Positions 1 to 15,500 of a stretch of DNA of 64,000 bases are shown piece by piece; within the stretch, counting starts at the first letter, position 1, and each line of letters begins with the position of its first letter. This DNA is from Bugula neritina. Taxonomy: Eukaryota; Animalia; Bryozoa. The DNA lies in the NCBI GenBank assembly GCA_964035545.1, contig OZ037765.1:22753504-22817503 (forward strand). The letters run 5' to 3'. The translations under genes and the position numbers were made by a program. Below the pieces are notes generated by a model that saw only the letters and a list, made by a program, of their open reading frames with translations, ran no database searches and was not told the DNA's origin.

Positions 1-580
1 AAGATTAGAGCTAACTTTCTTGAACTTTGGTACGACAACAAAAGCATCATTGACATCAGATACTAACTTTTCCAGTATTCAAATAAGAGCATGCCATGCA
101 TTTAATGATTAAATTTCAAGTAAGTTAAATTATTATCTAATCAAGGTTTTATTTAGCTCAACTGAATGCCCAAAGAATATTTCAATCAATATAACTTATG
201 CCCTAAACAGATAACACTGATATATAGTAAAGTCATAACACAGCATTGCTGCCTATTGTTGAAACACAATATAGTCATTTTAACAGCCACAAGAAAAATA
301 TATTCCATCAATATCAGTAATAACTTAATAAAAAAGCAAGTACAAGTCAGCCCAAAATCTTCACAAGATTATGAGATAAAATAACAACACAATAGTGGAT
401 CTCATGTAATACTAAAGCCACAGGTTTTAAAGTCCATAATAATAGTACCATTAATTTAATGGTAGTATAAAAGTAATGAGATAGAAAATCAGTAGTTCCA
501 CAGTGACAGCTTGTAAACGGCACTGCTAGACGCGAGTGTTGAGAAGATAATCCCCAACATCACACATTAATATTGTTCCA

Positions 581-3500
581 TCAGCAAGTTAGTCCTTTCC
601 TCTTCACTACCTGCACATCCTTCATGTTCAGGTTAACAGATATCTTAGGAGCTTCAGGAGCCGGTTCGGTCATGACAAACCTGACAAACACCACAAGATG
701 CATGCATAAAATTGATTGATGCGAGCCAACGCCAAAATTATATAATGTTTACGGCATCAAAATGAAATGAAACCTGCTGTACCAAATACTAGCACACTGG
801 CTAATTTCATATCAAGTATTTTTAGTTCCAACACCGAAATACGATACAAATGTTATCTCTAATATATGATTACATGCATAAGTTTGAAAAAGAGAATTTC
901 TTGCATTTAACCTGATTAATATTGACATCTCAACAAAGATTATATAAAGTGCTTTGTTTCACCCAACACAATTGTTTGCACTACACTTTGCGGAGTTGCC
1001 AACCCTTTGCGTACACAGCTCAAATTTACTAGATCTTGCTGATTACATACTACAAAGAAAAGCTGCAATACCTTTTAAAGTCATTGAGCTCTTTAGCAAA
1101 CTGATCATGCTCCTCAACCTCTTCATCATCCATGGGTAAGAATATATCATCCTCAAACTTTTCCTTCTTCCCAGATTTCTTCCTTCCCATCTGCTGCTCC
1201 TGTAGCACAACATTAGTTACTTGTAAACAAAACTCACTGAAGGAAAATATCTGAACAATAATATTGATTCATATTTACAGCAATAAAACATAACATAAAA
1301 CATATCTGAAGAACATGGTTCTGCATTTGATACAAATAAACAGCTGATTATACCTGATGAGACCGGATTGAATGATTCCTTTGACCACGGCCACACGTGA
1401 CATTGTATACATCACCATTGTGGGTGTGAGAGGACTGCTGGGATGGCGTAGACTCCTGACCTTCTGGTTGTAGTCTCTGAGAGTTTGGTGCACGTTTAGC
1501 AGGAGCCTGTAACATGTTATGACACAACTTTTACAGGAAGCACTAAACCTCTACAGATAAACACTGTGTGGTTATTCAACTATTCATAAGATTTCTTGAC
1601 CCACAATTTAATAAATTAATGCAGTACCTTGCTAATAGCGTGATTAAGTTTTCTATCATCAATACTGGTGGCTAGTGTAGGGGAGACGTTCTCAATCAGC
1701 CTTTTCCTTTTATCAGAGACATTCAGTTGCTTTTTTGTGTTTGCAGGATATCTGAATATTCATAGCATATTATATTGTAGATATTATATTGTAGCTACTA
1801 TATTGTAGATACTATATTGTAGATATTATGAAAGTAATGATATTATCGATAGCAAGATTTCAGAAACATAGTATATATTATGAACTATTTAGCATACCTA
1901 GTATTAACACTTATAGCAAATTTAGGACAAATTATCACAACAAATTCCATGATTGGATGCTACTAATAATTGGTAGTTATTATATAACTTTTATTGGAGT
2001 TGTTCACTTTATCAGAAAAAAATTTCATCTCTTGAAAACTGCACATATTAACAGAGTAGCACACTTTATAATGGCTGTGAAAAACTTCAGGTTATTATTC
2101 TAATTTTGTACAATACATGTTTTTAAAAAGAGGCCAAATGTTGATGTTCATGTAGCAAAGTTTCATGAAAGAAAAGAAAATTTTCATCTCTCAAATTTTA
2201 CCATTTCTTTGCAGTCTTTAATGAGTAAATCACCGTAGTGAGCAAAATTTAGTTGAAAGAAAAAAATGTGTTACTTTATGCGTATACATGAAAAATATAG
2301 CAAATGTAAGCCTTACAACTGATCTAAATAGACACTGGTATAGTGATGGCATTGTTAGTTATTGTGTCACATATTACCTGTTGTTGCTACAACGAGACAG
2401 ATGCGAGTCTTGCAGTGTGTTATATCCTGCACCACCTGTGCTCTGGTCATTCTGCGTGAGATTTTGGTTGCAGCCAGAGTTGCCTGTCCTGGCCTGACTT
2501 GACTTAGCATTGTTGGGTAACGTGTTACGATGGGCGGGCTCGCTGTGACTGCTGATGTTGGATATGGACTTGGATGACTTCAACGCGTCATTCGGCTGAG
2601 TTTTTGGTAGTGAGGCCTGCGCGGATTTAGCTCTTTCATTGTCTGGAGATGATGACGTGACACGCTTTTGATTATCCTTTCTGTAAACCAATAAGAAAAG
2701 CTGTTAGAAGAGAAAATTATGGTACAAAGAAAAGCTGTTACGTCTTGCAAACCTCAGCTAATAAATAGGTTGGAGAAGTTTTGAAAGTCTGGAAAAATAT
2801 GTCAAGGCTGATGTAAAAGCATTAATGATAGAATAGTGAAAAAAGCTGGAAGAAATGCAATATTTCAGACTGATCAATGAAACTGTTTCGTTAAATTTTT
2901 ATGACATTGTAAAATAAATCCATAGCAAGCTTTTTTGTTATCATTTTATAAGTTATTCATTACTGAAGTTTTTTTAGACAACACAGCCCACTAAACATGT
3001 AAAATTCTTTCATCCCATAGAAAATATGCAAATAATCAACATTTTCATCGCTTGCAATTTGTAGAAATAACCTGCTTTGTTTAGACTTATACTTTCAGAA
3101 ATCTTTGCCAGCTGTTGGCACAGATTATACCTGCCCAGAGTGATGAGTATTAACTCGCTGACATCCACAGAAACGTGACATACAAATTCTACTGCTTACA
3201 GTACAACTCGCTTCAAATTCAAAAACTTCTCAAGTGACAATCACTAAAATATGAGAAGATGCAAGCATAGGTCAAACTGATCAGATCAGTAAAGAAAAAC
3301 TCGACAAAGTAAACATACTTGGCATTTGGCTGTTTCTTGGACTGGCGCTGCTGAGAGTTGTGTCTGTCTGCTGCATTCTCGGTTTTAGCAGACGTCTGGT
3401 GCCGGGAGGACATGTTCTGCGTCTGAGCTGTTATCTTCTCAGAGTCGCTGTCGGCATCACTATCTGAGTTGGCAGCTGACTTGCTGTCCACTCTGGGCAG

Positions 3501-6500
3501 CTGCTTCACCTGCTGCATACGCCTCGCTTTCCTCTCCGCCTGCATAAAATCACATTTAAAGAGATCCAAACATGCCAACATATGCCACAGTGTCATAACG
3601 CCGCCAATTTAGAATCATTCCAAATTCTTAAGCCATTTAAATTTCTTTTAACAACTTTAACCAAGAATTCTGAAGAGATGACAACTCTGAAACACAACAC
3701 AATGAGCTATGAGTGAGAAATAAACCTTTTTCAGCTTTCTTCTCTGCTTTTTATCCAGCTTTTGCGAGTCCCAGGTGTTGATTTCCTCCCCGGTGATGTA
3801 TTTGAGCAGTTCGCTGAGATCTCGGTTTCCTATGGTCCCTTCAGCTGGTTGAGTGGTGGCTGACGCGGATGACTAAACATAACAGGAAGTAAAACATTAG
3901 CTGGCTATACAGAGGCAGCGAGTAGCTGTACTCAAAGTAGTCATTACATAATGTCACAACTAGCAATGCTGTAAATGGCAAACCTTATTTGTGTTGACTG
4001 GCAGACTGGGGGAAGCAGCCAATATGGCCGCTGACTTTAGACTTGGCGTTGCGGCAGCTGTTACCGCTTCAAGCGTACTGATTGGCACCAGGTCATGACC
4101 TTTCGAACAGGGAGTCAACTTCTGATTCTTCTTTTTCAGGCGCGACCTCAACCTCTCCCTAATCTCGGCGTAGTTCTTACTGGTGGGCAAAGGGGTGGGC
4201 TACCAGAACACACCGTACAGTGAGACACAAGAGAGAAGTGGAGCAGCGACTATTGTGCATTCAATGCAAGACTCAACAAAATTATGCAATTAGCTCTAGC
4301 TAAGAAACTCATGTGTCTAAATACTAAGTTATGCGGGTGGAGTTATATTAGCAACCACTTCCTGTTTCAGGAACAATGCAGTACAGAAGGTAACAGCCAC
4401 TGTTATCAACAAATCAGAACAAAATGTAAAACAGGTTAAAAGGCAGCAACACGGCGCACTAAGTTACCTTAGGCAGTGACAACTGAAAGCATACATATCA
4501 CTTCATATTATAATGTTGCAAGTCGCATAAGCAAACAAATTAGAAATCGTACATCAGTAGTACATACAGCTGTGAGACAGGTAAAAAACTAGTTTGAAAT
4601 GCCATTATAATGATACCCAGCAACGACTCTACAACAAGTGACCAATATTTGCCAACATTATTAGGACTGTAAACTAGACTTTAGAGCATTTGTTCTCCAA
4701 CTCACCAAAAACAGTGACTCTAATTAAAACCTTACGCGTTGACAATCCTTTTTAATAATGCCGTCAAAATCGTGAGTACAAAGTCAACCACAATGTCTAC
4801 GTTTCACTAAAGTCCACCAGTTACACATATACTGAGCCCTTACCTGGCCATGTCCAAAGAATTCACAGTAGCAGCAGTCGCAGTATTTACTGTCTTTTTG
4901 ATTGGACGTGGAAGTGGATGAACTTTGACCTGAACAACTATCACCATCCTCGTCCTCCGAATGAGCCAAACAACCACCACCATCCGTCTCTCCTGATTGT
5001 TGACTGTTTAACAAGATAAATAGAATATACTACCGTCACTACTGTATAGTAAATAGTATATACTACTATCACTACTGCATAGTACATACTACATAGTATG
5101 TGGTACTGTCACTACTATGTACCTATGCAGGGCTACAAATGATAACCTTGACACGTGGTGTGTAACTCTGTAAAACTGGTAGCGAGGCACTTTAGTTTTA
5201 AAACATACTAAAACAACTAAAAAACTCTCCTAAAGTTACTAAAGTTGAATAAAAGAGACATTAACAAACCTGACAGGCAAAACTGTTTGATGAGCGGATT
5301 TGTTGGTAGGTTTAGTCGAGTTGATGTTGTTAGCAGTGGCAGTGGTCTTAGTTTTCTGGGGAGTTGTGTGGTGACAAGAAGTTTTGACCTTGGCATTGTT
5401 AATCAGTGTGCTCACGGGCTAAAGTGTATTATAAACTAGAGTTAAAGTGACATTTACATAACAAAAGATGTGTGTATAGAATGAAGAGTACAGGTTACAT
5501 GTACGGAATATAAGCTAGGTGCATATCGCTAGTATTATAACATAATGTAAGATGAGAAACACTAGGCAATATATATTAACAATTTTATTTTCTAAGAGTT
5601 TTGAAAGTTGTGCAATCCGTAAAACCTTATAATATCTACACAGAGTAGCGGGCTACCTGTTGTTGTATTGAATTAGTGCCACAGTTGGTAACTGGGTACA
5701 GGGTAGGTTGCGGGGGCACACACATACGCTCCGTACCAGAAAGGTGAGCTGCAGAGGCCGAGGTAGAAGTTTTGGTGGTGGATTCTGATTGAACAATTCT
5801 ATCAGCCTGAAAACCAATCATACAATATCACAGAGAACAAACATGATACAAAGTGTTCACTTCATCTAAACCTGTGGCAGTGACTTGATAGGAGATAACT
5901 CCTAAAGTTAATATCAGAGAATATATTATTAGACCCTACATGCTCATGGAATGGTAGAATGTAGAATTTACTAGTTTATTGCAGTAACAACATATATATC
6001 TACAAGAAGCTGTGATACCACGCAACTAGATATGGCTGAAGTACACAGCAATCACAGTTATTGAAATAATAGGTAAGACTACACCAAGTGTTAACAGTAA
6101 CTGAAGACAGGAAATTTGACCAGTAAATTCACTCACTAGCTCCGACTTGACCGTAGACTGAGATCTTGTTTTCAAGTGGTTGAAGGGGCCGGGCAGGTTC
6201 TTAAAGCACTCCTCAGTGTGTTCATGCGGCGTGTCGGAGTCTGTGACGTGAGGATAAGCCTGGCGACAGGAGGGGTGCACTTGCTGTTTCATCAGCTGCC
6301 AGGGGTGGAGGGTGGAGGCGCGAGATGCCAGGTTGCTTATCAGAGGCACGTTAGCAGTAACCATGGGATCGAATGAGAATGCTACAGATACAGAGCTGAG
6401 TGTATCACGTGCAACATTGATTGTGACAAGTCAGTTTATTGGTTTAACAAACGTTTCTATTTCAACATGTTTTCCAACTAAATTTGTATTCAGGAGTGTT

Positions 6501-9500
6501 GCCTGTTAGCTTATCTATTTTATCATGCCTCTAGTTTTCAGCACCCTCAAAATGTCTACCTTTGCCGCAGGTTTAATCGTGTTTTGCTATGTTAGCTGAC
6601 ATAGAATACCCATGTAGATGCCACACAACTCTAAGAAACTAAATTAATTCAACCATAGTGACAGTTAATACAGAGTATGTATCTCTAGCACTCACCACTT
6701 GGGTTGAAGACGGGTGGTGGGGGAGCCAGAAGGAGGTCTGACTGGTTGACTCGGGTTGTGCTGTAGTTGGAGAAGCTGGTGCAGGCAGGAAATGACTGGC
6801 CAATATTAACGCCGTCTAAGAAGATGCGAATATTTAGTATATCAGTGTATTTACATATTATATGCTGCTCTGGACAATAGCGAGGCATGTACATCACAGA
6901 TGACAGCATCAGCTGATTAGAGAGTATTGCAAACTAAATCTATATAGTAATAGAATATAAAACTCGGAATATTCCAGCAGGTTCCACACTACTATAAACA
7001 TCAAGCGTGTATACACTAAGTTGCAGGAGTTGTCCTTCACATATCAAAGTTGATCAAACATCACAGCAGCTAATACTAAATACAAGGTAAGTAAATGATG
7101 TGGAGATGCAGAAGTAGATTAGTATAGTTCTGGTGGCTTGTCAGACTTACTCAGAGATGAGAAGGTAGAAGCGGACGAATCGCTCGAAGAGCAGCTGCGA
7201 GATGTTTTAATCTGATCTCTGAGACACGGCGGAGAGACGGGCGAGCTGTCGCTGAATGGTGGGTTGAAGGCAGAGTTGCTTCTTTTCTGTTTCAACTGAA
7301 TAATTGTACAAATTATTGTTGCAACAATCCGGCACACTTAAAAGATATCATCAGCTAATTATATAGGTTACAGTTGATTGGGTTCAACAATGAGATGTCA
7401 AGAGAGTAGACACTAATATGTTTATTAAATCGAAATAAATAATCATTCAACACAAAATAGATGTATAGGCTATTGAGTTTACTATGCTGATATTTAGTAG
7501 CGAGACACACCTTTTCTAGCTGTTTGACAAGTTCTGGGTTCTGATTATGTAAGTTGTAGAGGTGTGGTTGTATGAGTGATTGAGCCGAGGACAATCTTGC
7601 TGCTCCTAGGCGGGCCGGATCCATGCCCCCTACTCGGGACCCGTGTATGTGTGGGTAAAGGTGGAGAGCTGCAGGTTTTGGTATATGAGATACAGGAACC
7701 TGGGAAGAGAATACCTTACAGTCAAGTAGTGAACATAGTAGAGCCATGTCAACACTGAGCAGTCACTGAGCATAAGCATAGCACTAACAGAGGCGGTTAA
7801 CAAATGAAGGGAGTTTGTTAGATCAATTGATGATATGAGACAATAAAGGCTATTAGCAGAGTCAGTATTCAAATAAAAGGGCCTGTCTTTTGTTGCTTTG
7901 TTGACCTATTTGTTTTGATTAGCTTTCATTAGGTTGGATACAAGTGAGAACACAACTGACAAATATACACAAGCCGAGTTATACTAGCAGCATAGCAACA
8001 CACAAACTATTTCAAACAGATAAGGTTGCTCTTGGAAGACAATTTAATCCAACTAAAGTCCTGGCAATACAGTGCTCCCTCCGTATCTCACTAACCTCAA
8101 TTCAAAACATAGTAGAATACCGGATTCAACTCGTGGATTCTTTAAATTCAGCCATTTTGTCTCTATACACACATACATAAGCCACAAAACGGGGGTCCAA
8201 GCCCTTCTAGTGACTTATGGAATTTCAAAAGGAAGGTAACTGTGAGATACAGCGGGAACACTGTACTATAATTCCTATTTTGATGAGTGGTTTTAGAGGA
8301 AATGTAAAGGAGATTGGACTAACATCAGTTTATGAGAGTATAAGAACAAATCCGCAACATAATTGATAGAGTAGTGGTCAATTTTTGTCAATAAAACAAT
8401 GTGGTGTGAATATCAACTAGCAAGTGTCAAACTGCATGCAAATCCTCAACTGTTATGGCCAATCCAGGTAGGCAATGAATGATTTTAATAAATTGGTTGG
8501 CGGAGGTGACAGACTCAAATGGTTGAGGTTTTTCATCAGTCAACTTTCCACTGAAACCTATTGGACCAAAATCGTTGTCCACCTGAACACACATGACATC
8601 ATGGTACAGCTATATGGTAGAGAACGGCAGCACAATGCTGCATGTTTCCGATGAGGAGGCAAACATAAATAACTCAAACCTATTCCCGTATTCTGCACCC
8701 ACGTGTTGAGAAGAAGGGATACTATTACAAGCAGGTAATCCAATGTTTCGCTGACTTACGTTGGCTGAGAAGGCAGAAGAGTGACCAGTAGTGATGACAG
8801 TGGTAGCAGGTGTAGCAGAGTTTGAGACAGGGCTGGCAGCGGGGATATTGTGAAGACAGGCTGCCGGTCGCTTGCACTCGTGGCACTGGCAGGAGGAGGG
8901 GTCTGAGAGATTGTTTGGAGCTGCATCCTGCAACTGGGCTTTAGCTGCTTCCGCCTTCAACTTGGCTTTCTCCTGCTCCTCCAGGAAGTGCTCAAAGAGG
9001 TTTAGTTGCGGGTCCCTACCATAATATTACTGTTAGTTAGCTTCGTTTGTATGTATATATACTGGGGAAATTTTGTTAGTCCAAGTACATTATTTTCTAT
9101 ACACATTTTGGATAAAATCAACTGCCATGGGAGTATAACTTTTATGATACATATTTTACGAACAAACAGACTTGCTAAAATGTTTAGTTGTCAAATTATG
9201 AATCAGCAGTAATATTCACCTCCCTGTGAGGAGCTTTGCAATGAGAACAGACATGATAATAGTTACAGGAGCAGCAATGACAACTTTGTGTGTTCTTAAG
9301 TTCCAAGTATCTTTAGAGAGTTTTGAATTTTAAAGATAATCCGTTTAGTTTATTCTAGAGTTATAGCAGTAAGAATTTACAATAGGAATAATAATAAAAA
9401 ATACGCAATAAGAATTTGCAAGAGAAACTTGCACCCACAGTCGCGAGATTATTACAAACTAAAAAAGAAGAGCAATAGTGTCTGTATTAACATGACAGAG

Positions 9501-12500
9501 TAAAAAGCTTGCAGAACGTCTGCTATTCTGTACCTTCTGAGTTTCTCCTCCCAGGAATCTGGTGAATCACAATCACTACCCAGCTCATCGCTGCCAGCAT
9601 CGCTGCTGGAATACGAGGAGGAGAATGACGGAGGTTTCACCGACATGTCAAAGCCCGTAGACGTGGGAGTGATGGAGAAGGGATTAGTGCTGGCGCTGCA
9701 GTTACCGTCAGTACCCATTGGCAGCAGAGTGTCCTAAAGAGCCAGGTAAATATGAAAGTGAGGCTTGCCTACAAGCTACAGTTGCAGCGCAATATGCTGT
9801 GTAATTAGTGAGTGAGAGTTGAGAAGACACGCGCCTAGTACTACTAGCTACTAGCAGACGCTACTATTGATTGAGTAGGCAGACTGAGCTTGTAATAAAA
9901 TTACGATATGAAAGTCTGCAGCATACATCCAATCACTCAGCTCATTGATGTAGCAACTATAATAGTGCGTAGATATTACATAACACCTTAGCAATGCTGT
10001 CTATGAATACTCTACTCTATACTACGGCATTCATATTACTATATACCATACTACACACGTATACGCATCTACAGGTAGCTTATGTATATATTATATATAG
10101 CTTGATACTCCACACATACTATTTATTACTTCCCAATCACGTGCTTACTATGTACTATTCATTACTAATTACTCTTATCTCCAAGTTTTTTCCATATCAA
10201 AACAAGGTCAATTATCTGCTATATATACATTTTAGGTGAAACAATTATATGTACATGAAAAACTCTACATATATGCAAGTATAGGTTTGACTTGGAGGTT
10301 GAGAAACTTAATAATTTTTGTAAATTTTCAGCTACTGGTGTTCTGTTTTGTTGTCATTCTCGGTACTTTATACTTTCAGTGCATTATATAACTGGTAAAT
10401 GTGTTCCCTCAGCACTAGAACAAGCTTTGTACAATCTGAGTAACATGTGACACAGTACTGAAAACACTACTAGTGTGAGAAACACTATTGTACAGCACCA
10501 AAGGAACCAGGAACTTGTTCTGATACAGGGGATAGACTGAATACCACAGTACAAGCTCAAATAAAAAAAAACTTTCTAATAAAACTGTTTTGACAATTAA
10601 AATCCTAAAGAGACAATTTCAGTTGTTTACAAATGTTGACTTCACCTTTAGCTGCAAAGTATAAGATAACATGCAAACTTAGGATTTATTTTAATTGATA
10701 TTAGAAGCTAATTTCTTCTTACAAGCATTCGCTGTGATTTATATTTAATTATTAGGCAAACAAAAGAACCTTAAAATTTTTTGATTAGTACCAATATTAA
10801 CCATACTTGACTTAAATTCCATAAAAATGTATTCAAAAGATTTGGAATATATTTTAAAGACAAATCAACTAAGAAAATTGACATAATTTTCACAAATATA
10901 TTAATACATACTGCCAGACAGCACATTATCTAGTGAGCCTTTATTGATTAAAAATACAGTTTTTCTTGCAACACTAGAGTATATATTACTTCTTTATCAG
11001 CTGATAAGAAATGACACCATCACTTCCGTACCCTGAACCCATTACCAAGAGAGCATAACTCCATACTACTAATGAACATATGCACTTACATGGGTAGACA
11101 ACTCTAAACTACATATAAGTGTTCAAAGTTGAGCTAATGGGGGGGGGGGGGGGGCGGGCAAAGCATTGATGCAAAAAAGCACTTACGGTGCAAAACTTGC
11201 TTAATTTTCACAACACGAAGGCCTCTATTTCCGTTTCATTCAATATAAATTCAAGGAAAAAAAAATTAAAACAGAAAATATTGTTGGCAAGGTTCTATAA
11301 TTCAACATCACTGTAGCTGGTCGAGGCACACAAGCCAGGCACAGATCAAACAGAGATGGATGGACAAGCTGACCTGTAGCTCGGGAGCGAGTATGCCGCA
11401 GGTGATGAGATGACTTATAGAGCACTCGTGACAAGGACATCTCTGCTTATAGCAGTTGGGACAAGTAAACGGCTCCTGTCTGGTTGCACTCTCCTCCAGC
11501 AATGACCTCATTGCATCAGAAAACTGAGACTCGATGCTAGAAAAAAAAATTTTGAAAGTCTAAATAATATAATAATTCCCGACAAAAGTGATAATTAGCA
11601 AAACCGGTTTGTTCAAACATAACACACATTTCATGTGCCAACTTGAAATTTTGTATGACTATTAGAAATAGCTTAGAAACCAAAACCTATTCCAACAAAT
11701 GAGGCATAGCTTACAAAATTCCATTTATTATCAAATGGTAGACTAGAACAGCTTATATGAGAAGTTGTAAAGCATGTGCCTGAACACTAGCAGTAGTTGC
11801 ACAATTATTATGAGGCATACACAATGATATGACCAGTTAGTCAGCCTGTATAGACAATACCAATACCTGACATACCATTCGAAACGTCATGTCACACCAA
11901 CAGCTATAGTACAACTCAACATACCACTTGTGACTGCCAGGTGCCATGCTGGTAGCCAGAGAGTTTAAACTCGTTCGCAATGGAGGGGGAGAAGGAATAG
12001 GCGACTCAATATCTGATGGTTTCAAAGGTCTGGTGGCTAACTGTTCGTGATTTTTCATTATTTGATCTTTTAGGATTTTCCTCTGAGCACTAAAGAATTC
12101 CCAGTCCTCTCGCAGCATTCGCTGTTTGGCTTGTATTGCTGCCTGTTCGTCCGCATACCTAGAGGAAGCACATGAATTAACACTCTCTCCCTTATAGCAG
12201 CCCCAACATAGGGTTACTTTATGAGATAAACATTTGATCCGTAGACACTGTAGTTTTGACTCAGGTTAAAACACCTACTACTACAATATGTTAGTGGTTG
12301 ATGCGATTAGTGCCTTGAGCTAGTAAAAATATCAGGAATGTGATCATATGGCAACATTGAAGTCATCTAGCTATTTTTCAACAAAATTTTATTAAAAAAG
12401 ATAAAAGTAATGCATATGAGCAAATACTCAGCATGATATATGCACATCTATGACTAAAGAAACCAGAAACTGCCAATAAATGCAGTTATGTTTACAACAG

Positions 12501-15500
12501 CAGTTTGTGAAAAGGACAGGTTAAACAAGACCAATGCATCTAGCGTCCTGTCAAACACTGTACTCGTTATCAGCATGTGGTAAGGCTAAAGGGTGAGCCC
12601 CTCATCCTCTCCACGTGCTGGGTTTATAAACCACAGTAGACAAACATGAGCACTGCATAGGCTGCATATATCAATACCAATCCTTAAAATGTGAGCATAA
12701 TCCGATGTATAGTAACTAATTCCCTTCCGGTACCAAGTAGAGGATTGCTGACTACTTTAGCTCACTACTCTAATAATAACCATCAGTGAACTTACAGTAG
12801 CAAATATTAAATATTGCTTCATTTTAATTAGTATCAACTCCCAAATAACGGGTGACTATTATTAGCATTCAACTCTAATAACCAGCCAGATATGAAGGTC
12901 AAAAGAGTTGGAATATCCGAAGAAACTAAAATAATCAGGAGACGGGAGGAAAGGCAGCAATAACTCACTGATCGAGGCGCATCTGACAATCCCTCCAGAC
13001 TGCGTTCACCACGGACATGTCGTCTTCAAACTTCATATACTTACTCAGCAAGCTTGGGAAACAGTCCTCTGACTTCAACTCCTTGGACGATGCACCCAGC
13101 CTGTCAGCACACACAGTATATACATACTGAGAACTGTAGTTGACAGAACATTTTACTAAATACTGAAGACTATGGACTAACAGATGTAAATCAGTCCCTA
13201 GTTAATGCAATGAATCCGTTCATGTGACCCAATACTTTACCTAAAAAGGATCCTTAGCAGATAAACAAATAGATCTGCAGAATATCACTAAGTAGAGCCT
13301 GAATCATCAATACTGGCTATAAACAAGTACTTTCTGAGCCTTTATTCAGGAAACTACAGTGCTTCCTCTGTTTCTCACGAAATTCTATAGGTCACAAGAG
13401 CTTGGACTCCCGCTTTGTGGCTTATATATGTGTCCACAGGGACAAAATGGCAGAATCCATGAGTGAAATCTGGTATTCTATTGTCTCGAATTGAGGTTTC
13501 GGGACCCTTAGCTTAGTGAGATATGGAGGGAGCACTGTATTCAATACTTTGTGCTAATCATAAACACTACACAATAATTCAGCTACAAAATACAATTTTC
13601 CATGTTTCAAGAGCCAGATAGCCCAGCGAAGTGAGGGCCAATATTTACCTGAGCTGTGTGACAAGCATAGGCAGTGCATTCTCTATCACAGAGTCAGCAT
13701 ACACTATGTTTCTGAACAGGTGCTTGTCATGCAGTTCCCACGTGAAGACAAATCTTTTCAGGTGGTGAATCTCCTACAAGTAGTTATCATCAATTACCTT
13801 TACAGACATTCTCAAATAAAAAAAATATTTATTTTATATTTATTCATTGCCTTTCAGTTGACTGGCTTATTTAGCAAACTACTAAAGGCTATTTTGAGGG
13901 GTCTTGAACTGCATTTGGTCTTGTATGAATGGCACACAGCAAGGAGTCTATGTTCACAGTGAAAAGACTTACGAGCTGTTTGAATATATCGGAGAGGATC
14001 TTCGCAGAAGAACAGAGTGAGTAATACTCATCTAGCATTGTACCAATCACAGCCTTGGCTTTTTCCGGAGTTGTGCGGTGATCTGCAGTGAGTTGCTGCA
14101 ATACCTTCACCTTCAACTCTAGAATATAGTCTATAGAATGGGACTCCAGACGCTGAAACAGTTGATGTGAGTCCCTGGAACACAGTCTGCAAAAAAAGGA
14201 CGCAATACAATTCCCAGCAAGTATAATGAATAAAATAACAGTCACAATCACAGAATTTCAACACCAAAATATTTAGCTGCCTCCCCACAACATGAAAGAC
14301 AAACTGAAGTGAAGTTAAAAGGGCTGTCGTTACCTGGCAACGTGCTGCTTGCATTTGTCACGATCAACTGTGCCTCCATTTTCCATGAGACATTTATTGC
14401 TTTCTCTATAGACACATCTGATAGCATGGAGGAGATCTGTCCAGCACAACTGTAGTAAACTGTTCTCATCATCCTGCTCTTGCTCTATTTGTCTAGGATA
14501 GAAATTAATTTTGTGCTAAATTAATCAGCTGGTTATATTTAGAATAAATGATAGCCAAGTATCACAATTTAAACTTGGACATCTCATTTAATTGGCAAAA
14601 ATAAATGTTAAAGTAGCTAAGAGAACTCCCACTGACTTTCTGCATATTATAAATCACTCTATGTTTTGCAAGTTAAACACTGCAAGGAGTAATTCGGACA
14701 GCTTGAATTTTAATAACTAAACGGGCAATAATATAAATGTATTCCAAAATGAGTTAGGAGCAGTAATGCAGAAATTGAGAAAAGCCTGTGTTCTAGATTA
14801 GAAATGTAGCATTAGCCAATCCAAAATTTAATAAAAAAATAAAAGAACTTGGGCTATCTCAATTTCTCCACTACTGCTCCTAAATGTCCAAAACACTGAT
14901 CTCCCCCAAATTCCCAATATTCAAAAATAGGTGGCTACAAGAAGTTAAAACATCAACATGAACAGAGCAAAAATAGCCTTACCTTCTGTCTTTGCATGCT
15001 TCACACTCGCATAGCTTCTGCTCCACTTCACCGAAACCGTTAGAAGGCAGCGTAACTCCTGACAGCAGCTTTGCAGATTCCTCATCATTCTGCAGTGAAA
15101 ATGAAAATAGTAGAAAATCAACACAAAAACCAAAGTAAAATAAAAATACATAGGGCAAAGTTTGATTAAATTTAGCTACTAATAGTGTGGGTTATTATCA
15201 GTAAAACAGCTAACTGAAAGTCAGTGTCATAACTAGTAGATTCAACAGTAATAACTTTACAGAACACTTTTCTATGAGGTTGTGAGCGACTATCTCCTTA
15301 AAACATACTATAGTATGCATACTTTAAGTGCAAGTGGGGTTGTATTGTTTATTACTTGTTGATAACTTGCTAGCATAGCCATTGTTATTAGCTGTACATC
15401 CAAATAATGCAGGCAACATCTGATAAAATTGTCCAGCACATCCACTTATAGTTGCATGAGGGTATCAGAGCAGAGTGTGTTTGCTCCATATCCTATACTT

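Noticed and set aside
3072-3160. Possible extra FAM193 exon
   Set aside because: Flanking exons (ending ~3319 and starting ~2680) join in frame directly; candidate exon phases do not fit.
8557-8757. Open frames continuing past the FAM193 donor at ~8759 (possible poison exon or snoRNA)
   Set aside because: Only weak splice signals and no clear box motifs; cannot be supported from sequence alone.
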